Shown piece after piece: positions 55,900 through 64,000 of a stretch of DNA of 64,000 bases. The notes under the pieces are model-generated. The model saw only the letters and a program-made list of their open reading frames with translations, was not told the origin of the DNA and did not search any database. Origin of the DNA: Guillardia theta CCMP2712 (lineage: Eukaryota > Protista > Cryptophyta); contig NW_005434639.1 of the NCBI RefSeq assembly GCF_000315625.1, positions 532,134 through 596,133 of the forward strand, given 5' to 3'. The position numbers were made by a program, and so were the translations under genes. The stretch's first letter is position 1, and each line of letters opens with the position of its first letter.

Positions 55900-58800
55900 T
55901 CAGCCATGCTGCGAGACCAAGAACCAGCACAGCACAAGAGCAAGCGACAACAAGGGCTGCGGGCAGGAGGGCAGGCGGCAGGACGAGGAGAAGGAGATCT
56001 CAGGAAACAGGCCGTAGCCTTGGCAGGACGAGCCGTCTCCTCCGCACTCTCCGCACTCGTCGACGCTCTTGGCGCTGAAGCAGGAGCCATCGCACCCCAG
56101 GTCGTTTCCGTTTCCTCCGCACACGCCGCAAACATCCTTCTTGGGGGGGCGGAGGGGAGGGAGGTAGATTCCTCCGTCGCATCCCAGGCACTCTGCAAGC
56201 AGGTAGCTACCACCACACACCCCGCAAGGGTCTCTCTTGACACCGCCGAAGGGGACGCCATGGCAGTCAACGCACAAGTCGGTTCCTCCGCAGACGCTGC
56301 ACCGGTCGAGGACGAGGGGACTGTAGGCAACTCCATCGCAGCCGTAGGGAAGCGACTTGACCGAGAAGATGGAGAGATGGCGGGAAGCACAGGTCACCTC
56401 CTCCCCGCTGATGTTCCTCACGCTCAGACCTGACACGCTCCACACGTCCCGAGAGTCCAGGAAGACGCAGGAGGGCTTGTCGATGGTTCGGCCTGTGGCG
56501 TTGTCGTAGGAAGGAGAAGGAAGGTCAGGAACCCTCGCGCGGATCAGAATCGGATCGCTCAAGTTCGTGACATTAACCTCCTCCTCATAGCCGTGCCAAC
56601 GTGTGCTGACCTGCCAGTACCCCCCCAGCAGCCTTCCCTCCTGCTCCAGCCCCTTCCTCCCTTGATCGAAGTACCGCACCGACGAGGCGTTGGCGGCCCA
56701 TACGACTGACAGGAGGTCAACCCCCGCCTCCTGCTCCAGCTGGTAGCCGGAGGGAAAGATCTCCACTCGAGTGAACCTGCTGCCCCGCGAGTCCTCAAAG
56801 TTTGGCAGGCTAATCTCGACGCCTCCGACCGTGAAGGTCGCCTGGGAGAGAACGAGGGAGGAGGAGGCGGAGAAGGCGAAGACTTGAGCGCGGCTCTGGA
56901 AGAAGGAAGAGTTGAGCGAGGACGCGAGCTGGCCAGGCAAGTTGCCTCTGACGAAGTTTCTGCTGGCATCGATTAGGATGTCCTCGACCTCCACCTGAAA
57001 GCTCCTCGACAAGTTGCTTGTCAACTTGAACTGGTCGGACAAGAACCGAACGGCAAACCAGGTCGATTTCATAACCTCCATCGACGTCACGACGCTCTCG
57101 TACGGCAGCGGCCCGTCTGACGACCGCAGGAGGTACCTGATGATATACACGGAGAGCTGAAGAGACTCCTGGCCCAACTGCTCGTAGCTGCTCGTCACCT
57201 GCTTGACCAGGTCGATGACCGTCGACATGACAGCGTCGGTCATGTACGTCTCGTTCCTCACCATCCCTGCCACCACTCGCATCATCGTCAGCCGAATCTG
57301 CTCGAGACTTTGCGCGTTGTCCGCCGTCAGCGTCGAGCTGCTGTCCAGCTGGAAGATCTCCTCCATCGGAATCTCCGGCCTCCTTGAAAGCATCCACGGC
57401 ACTCCCTGCTGGCTCGCCTGCGCTCGGAGGAGCGAGTCTGCAGTCCCCTCCTCCTCCTCCTGCCTCCTCCTCCTCCTCCTCGCCGCCTGCTGACCGTACA
57501 GGTTGATGACAGACGACATTGCAAACATCACGTTCAGGAGGTCCACTGTCTGCTGGCTGTCCGACAATGTGGCCAGGCTTCCAGCAGCGAACTCCTCCAC
57601 CTTCCCGATGAGGGTGGACGGGGAGGAGGAGGACGACGGCGGCAGAACTTGTATCCTGCATACGTCCCACACTTTCGGGCTGCCGGGGAGCTCACAGAAC
57701 GTGCTCGACGTCGTTATCCCCAGCTGATTCTCCACCTCCACCCCCAGCCCTAGCGCAGAGTCTCCACCTGAGCCCTGTGGCAGCAGCAGCGAGCGCCATG
57801 ACTGGACAGTCTGCGGCGCAACAGTGACGAAGCCGGTGGAGGCGTTGCCAGCGAGGAAGGAGAAGAGCAGGGGGAGGTTGTCGGGCGAGTCAGTCCAGCC
57901 AAAGCAGGTCAGCACGAAACGGGTAAGGAGGGAAGAGCCAGATGAGGGGGAGACGGAAAACCAGCCCCTGGTCGGGCGACTTTGGCAGTCGATGGAGATC
58001 TGAGAGTAGGAGGCGACGGAGCTGTTCAGGAGCAGGGAGACGCGGAAGATATACCCTGCTCCTGGTGTCAGCGAGTCGGGTCTGAGCACGAGATTCTTCG
58101 CTCCCAACAGCGTGAGGAGGTAGCTGCTGTTCCTGATGTCGATGTCTCCTTGGACAGTCGTCCAGGCCAGCTGGAAGGAAAGGGTGGAGGAAGGCAGGAC
58201 TGAGGACTGCAGAGCAAGTGAAGCTGCTGGGTTGACGCGAGTCTGAGCCAGGGGGAGGAGGACGACGCTGAGAGTCTCCTGCGAGGATGTGGAGAAGGTC
58301 ACTTGAACCTGAGCTGAGGCGGATGCAGAGGTCGAGCCCGTCTTACGGACGAGGAGCTGGAATGAGAAGCTGGCCTCCTGCTGGGGAAGGAGGAGGCTTG
58401 CGAGCTGAGCCGGAGCCTTCACAGTCAACCTGGACGTCAAGTTGCCGTTGACTAGCAGGTGGTCGCAGAGGGAGTTGTTCGAGGGAACGCCGTCATGCCG
58501 ACAGAACCACACAAAAGACAGTCGGGGGGAGGCGAGGTTGGCGGAGGGGCTCACGTCGGGGTCGTAACTACCAGAGCCGTCAAGCTCGACGACGACGTTC
58601 TGAGAGTTCAGGCGATTCCCTCCGAAGATCTGAGCCACAGGGGGGGAAACTAGGACGTTCAGGTCGTAGTACTGCGAGAAGGAGGAGGAGGGCAGGTCGT
58701 AGTTCAGGATCGCCCGGTAAGTCTTGCCGGCCGTCAGGGTGAAGCTTGAGATGGTGAGATGAGCTGTGGAGGAGCGGATCTGCGGGAGGTCTGCGACAAC

Positions 58801-61800
58801 AGCTCCGCCCTTGACCTCTTGCATGGTCCAGCTGAAGGAGATCTTCGATGTGTTGGAGAGGCAAGAGATGTTGAGCACGGCATGCAGTCGGATCACCTGG
58901 TAGCTCCTCACCAGCCCCGTCTGCTCGCTGACTATCTGCACCATGGGGACCTCCTTGTTCTCCCTGATCGCCGTCACCTCTGCCGTTGCGTTCAACCCAA
59001 TCCAGTTGGTGACGCGGACTTGGAAGGTCAAAGACACGAGGAAGGGGAGGACAGCTGAGGGGACGGCGACGACACTGGCAGAGCTGTTCTGCAAGAGGAA
59101 GAGGATCGCCTGATAGGAGGATGACGGCGTCGTTCCTCCCGCCGCAACCAGCGACCACGTGAACCCCATCGCTCTCCCTCCGTTGTTGTAGCTCAGGCTC
59201 GCGTCCAGGACGAGATCGTCGCAAGTCCCAATGCGTGGGGGAGCCGAGAGGACGGCGACAGGAGGGACAAGCGAGGAGGATGGGATGAACACAGAGGAAG
59301 AGGCTGCAGAGGGCAGGGAGAGCTGTCCTCCCGCATGAACGCTGTTGTTGCTGATGACGAATGTGTCCCCTGGCACGCATGTCGACTTGACGCCCAGGTG
59401 CACGACCAGCGTTCGGTTGTCCTGCCAAGAGCAGAAGGAGCCTTGACCGAGCAAGAGTAGCGGAGAGGCGATCACGACGGCGCAGTCGAAGTTCCCGATG
59501 ATGGGCTTGTCGTACATGGGCGGACATTTGTCCACGGCGATCCCACATCCGGCCGTTCCTGCTGCCGTTCTGAAGCCTCCTCGGTCCGTGTCGTTGTACC
59601 AGGTGAGGTAGACGGTGGCAAGGGAGCTGGAGAAGAAGGAGGAGTTGAAGAGAGGAGAAGGTCCGAGCCGCAGAAAGAATACTGAGTTGAACCCCTCAAA
59701 GTCCCTCTGGTTGAAGGATACTTCCACCAGGACCCCCAGCCCCTTGGCTACTGGAGGAGCAGAGCAGGCCATCTTCGACTCGCTGTAGACTGTGGCGACT
59801 ACCACAACATCTCCAAACCTGCAAACGCTCAGGGAAAGCACGTAGGTATCTGACGGGCCTTACCTGCAGTTGGCCACTTTGTTGAGAATGAAATCGGAGC
59901 CGGTCAAGGTCAAAGTGACCCAGGAGGTTGAGGTAAGAGCCTCCTTTGGGTCAATGCTCCACACGGAAGGGGAGGGGTAGTAGGAGAAATTTCCAGTTCC
60001 GTTGACAGAAAAATGCTGCCCGTCCACTGCAAACTTGACCATGTTGAGCCCCAGGTGCGTCGAGAGCAGGACGGAGGAGGGGAGGGCTTGAACCTGGACG
60101 AAGTCGGAAGCTTGATACGAAACGTTCTTGTCCCTGATTGGAGGCGATTGACACACGGCGACCGTTGAGGATATGACAAGGGCAGGAGACGTCAGGTTCC
60201 CGACCTTGCACGAGACTGCTGACGTGGCAAAGAAGTACATCCCATACACAGTCACCCGACTGCCGCTCTGAGACGGACCGAAGGTGGGGACAACGGAGTT
60301 GACAAAAGGCATGTTGACCCACCGGAAAAGGAAGAAGGGCCATGTGAAGAACTCCTGGCCGTTGAGGGCGAACTGAACACTCAGCGACTGGTCCACCTGG
60401 TAAGGTGGGGATGTACAAAGTGCTGACTCGTAGCTTTCCCAGCTCGCCGTGACCGACGCGCTCCCGAACTTGCAGGACATGGTTGTAGAGAAGGGGATGA
60501 AGACAAACTTGAGCGTCACCACAGTCCCTCCGTCGTAGGGCCCAGCACTCGGACCGAAGAAGGAGGCCTGTGGAGACGAGTAGAAGAAGAACTTGCTGGC
60601 TGCTGAAAAGAATTCCTTGGGCTCTCCATTCAAGGAGACTGAGAGGTCGACAAAACCAACAGGTGAAGGAGGGGAAGTACAAATCATGCGGTCTTCGCTC
60701 CCTCCCACCATGTACCCGGGGACGACGGTGCTGCCGAACTTGCAAGAGAGCCTTTGAGTCGCTCGCAGGTTCAGCCCAACGATCGTGACATTGGTTCCTC
60801 CTCCTTCGATCCCAACTTTGGGTGAGAAATCAAGGATGACTGGGGGCACGTCGAAGGCATAGAGCTGGGGAGCTTGACCGTGGAGGGCAGAAGCGCCGAT
60901 GTACACCAGGAAGGGAACCTCGATGACGAACGGAACGGGCGAAGGAGGAGAGAGGCAACGAATGATCGAATCATTGACAAACCTGCCAGCTGACGTCCGC
61001 TCGCCGAAGTGACAAGAGATGTTGCCGTCGATGAAGCCAAAGCCAGTGATGTTGACGAGGGTGTTACCGTAGATGAGACCATTCCTGGGATGAGTGAGGG
61101 GGAAGAAGCAGGACGCTGCAGGGCTCACCTCGGTTGGAAGTCATGGATGCCGGCAGAGGCAACAAGGTGAGACGATGAGACGATCTCGTTGCTGTTGGTC
61201 AGAGATGCTGATAGATTATAAGCCCCTTCGCCGAGGGTCGGGGGGGATGTGCAGGAGCCTTTGTTTGCATCGATCACTTGCATAGGCGACAAGGTAATGT
61301 TGAGAGCATTGAAGATGCAACTCGCCCATTGCGTGTCCACAAGGTTCGCTGCCGAGACCTGACACAAGGGCATCAGGCAGGTTTTGACGTGTCGAGGAAG
61401 ACAGGCACCTCGAACGTTGTCGATCCGTAGCTGAACGACGACAGAGGAAGGAAAGAAACCAACTGCGGAGCGTCCAAGAGGTCGAGGACAAAAATTCTCG
61501 ACAGGGTGAAGTCGAGACCGTTCATGGCGACCTCAACGCTCGCCCGACCCGCCGCTGCGGAGGCAGGAGAGTGGCAGGCCAGCATGCTGCTGGAGAGGAT
61601 AGTCGCCTGCGTCGTCGCACTTGAAGAGAAATCGATAGTGAACCTGCACCTTGCAAAGTTCTTGATGACATAAGTAGATGAAACAGCAACAGTGATCACG
61701 TCCGATCCCAGTGTGCTAACCGCCCACGGCCAGATGCTCAGGATGGTGGGTTGGACGTAGAAGAGGAAAGGCAAGTCGTTGGACCATTCTTCTGCTGCTA

Positions 61801-64000
61801 CCTTGTATCCTCCCATGAAGTAGCCGTTGAGAGCAACCTGTTGCACCGCGTTCAGCACACAAACGGGGAGGGGAGCGCGGGGTAGACGACCTGCAGCTGG
61901 AGGAAGCCAGCTTCTTGTACGGCTGGGATGATGCAGCTGATGAGGGTAGAGCTGACTCTGCTTCCTCTCACCAGGGGAGTGGGTCCAATGCCGGGAGAGG
62001 TCGACGCGTTTCCAAACTTCACCACGTCCTCGAAACCTGCGAAGGTGTCGAAAAATTCTCCGGTGATGGTGAGCGAGTCGCCGCCTTGCAGCGGCGCCCC
62101 CGGCGGGATGAGAGTACGGAGGATGGGGAGGTGGTAGAACTGGAAAACAGACGAATAGAAGACTTGGTCCCTTCCGTTGATGGTGACAGAGAAGGTCACG
62201 TTCTGCGAAGACAACACTTGTGGGCTCTTGCAGGTTCCGTAGTCGGGGGCCTCGACTATGAAGGCGGTCTGGATCGAACCGAAGAAGCAGCGAGCTGAGC
62301 TGAAGGAGAGATACCCATACCCGAACACCTGGATCGTCGTACCTCCTTGCACAGAAGAGATGTTTGGGAAGATGCTGGTGATCCCGAGGTCCGAAAAGTA
62401 GGTAAACTGGCACTGCACGTTGCTCGCTTGGGGGTAACAGGCGAAGTTGATCCCGTCGAGTGCTATCTGGAACGATACACTTCCAGAAGTGGCGACAGCA
62501 GGGGAGCGGCACACGATGTCGGAGCCAACAAGGCTCATCGCACTGACCTGTTCAACGTCAGCCTCCTCCCCCCCCGACATTCCAAGGATACCAGACCCCC
62601 GAACGAGCACAGGCTGACAGCGTCGATCAGCATGTTGGCGTGCCCCTGTACTGTCACGAGCGTCCCTCCGGATATCGAGCCGAACGTGGGCGTGATAGCA
62701 AAGGGAGATAGCTCGTCGTAGACATAAACATTCTGATTAGATGTCACATAGTCCTGCAGACAATCATTGTCAATGGAACAAATGAACCATCTGCAGTGCT
62801 CTTGCCTGCCCATTCGTCGTCATCGCCACTGCGGCATATCCCACGCTGTAAGAGGGAGAGGAGCACTGCGTAACATTGTCATCGCCCACTCCCCCGCCCA
62901 CTCTCCACCTCCCAGCAGCGATCATACCAGGGCAAAGGAAGAGGAAAGGAAGACCGCTGGCATGGAGTCGGAGGTTCCATACTGAGTGCGAGAGTGAGGG
63001 AGGGCAAGAGCTCACAAAGTCTCTTACTTTGCATCGCAACGTAAACCGATCATGGAAATTCTGACCGTAGATGGAGACAAGGGAATATCCGGCCGACCGC
63101 ACGAGTGTTGGCCAAAGTTTCGTCACCACCGGCTGAGTCTCGTAGGAGAAGAATCCAGGAGCAGGGAAGTAGGAAGCGCCTGCATCAAACGAGGCCTGGA
63201 GTTTGAGAAGCTGTCAGTGGGAAGCAGAGATGGAGGGAAAGGGGAGTAGGGATGGATGAAGGAGGAAACGATTTGGAAGTTGGTGATGAAAACATGGGTG
63301 GAAAGGTTGATCAACGGGAGGAGAAACAGTGAAAGCAGAGGCAGGGAGGTCAGGTCAAAGGCATAGCAAGTAGCACCTCAAGTTTCATCACGGAGCCGAC
63401 GGTGCCGGCCGGGCAGGAGAAGTAGAGAGCGTAAACGCTGGAATTGTAAGACGCCGGGAACGTCGTGGTGGTCCCTTTGATCCGGACGAGGAGGGAGGAG
63501 CCGCTCCTGGGGGTGAGGGGGGTAGGGTTGTTGACGTACTGGGGATCCGTGTTACAGCACTCCCCGCCAAGGAAGATACCGTAGAGGGATACGATGATGC
63601 TGCCCTGAGGGGGCCCGAAGGCCGGAAAGATCCTCCCAATCTTGGGGATCAGAGAGCAGGCCCGTCCCCAGTAGCCTGACGTGCAGTTGCAAGAGTTCTT
63701 CAAGCACGTGCCGTACTGCCTGCCTTCCCACGAGCACCCCGCTCCCTGCAGGTCGTCGGAAGGGCAGCCCCAGCCGCTAGAGAAGAAGTAGTAGGAAGTG
63801 AAGGCCGAGGACTTGTCGATCCCCTGGTTGTTGCTCATTCGCACTGAGACGGTTCCGATCGGATTCTGCGGGAGGGTCAGGGAAGTTGAAGATGCGGATG
63901 TGGATTACTGGAGGACTTGCAGCCTTGACAAGATCGTGGCGAACGAAAGTTGCTGGGACGTAGGAGTTTCCGAAGAAGGCCTTGAGCCTTGTGTCAACAA
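55900..64000 (-). CDS. Giant cell-surface protein: EGF-like, many IPT/TIG repeats, REJ (polycystin-1-like) module, GAIN/GPS, Cys-rich DxCGVCGG repeats, hydrophobic C-terminus; 5' end outside the window
   Basis: IPT: PxxGxxxGGTxVTIxG...CxFG...CxSP...VALNG. REJ: LVLDASLSY, LDGSGSYDPD, LTPGAGYIF, PSSGSSLLTRFVLTCFGWTD. GPS: CVFLD...WSVSG...VTCASRHLSIFSV. Confidence 0.88.

Overview
Intron-rich, gene-dense eukaryotic nuclear DNA. It has many short (~45-60 nt) GT-AG introns with GCTGAC-like branch sites, plus purine-rich microsatellite introns. Gene content and style suggest a cryptophyte alga such as Guillardia theta, but this is an inference. About 18 genes are recognisable: a giant helical-repeat protein, a coiled-coil+PA14 protein, an EEP nuclease/phosphatase, a WW protein, FYVE-ankyrin, a SMARCAL1/ZRANB3-type helicase apparently spliced to a U-box, two ankyrin proteins, Zn2Cys6 and RWP-RK transcription factors, DDX41, a Cys-containing LRR protein, FUN14, a giant IPT/REJ/GPS surface protein, and several unknowns. 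The best candidate for an undescribed system is the single-ORF gene at 46610-50872. It encodes a predicted single-pass receptor with a Cys-rich ectodomain. Its cytosolic part has seven near-identical 126-bp WD40 repeats, variable at HET-E-like surface positions and inserted into an ankyrin array, followed by an R-S-E ADP-ribosyltransferase. This looks like a candidate diversifying immune or non-self receptor-toxin. A second signal is a dispersed 28-31 bp motif (four copies) associated with palindrome-rich GC islands, which bracket both transcription-factor genes. Exon boundaries were read by eye, and several gene starts and ends are approximate.
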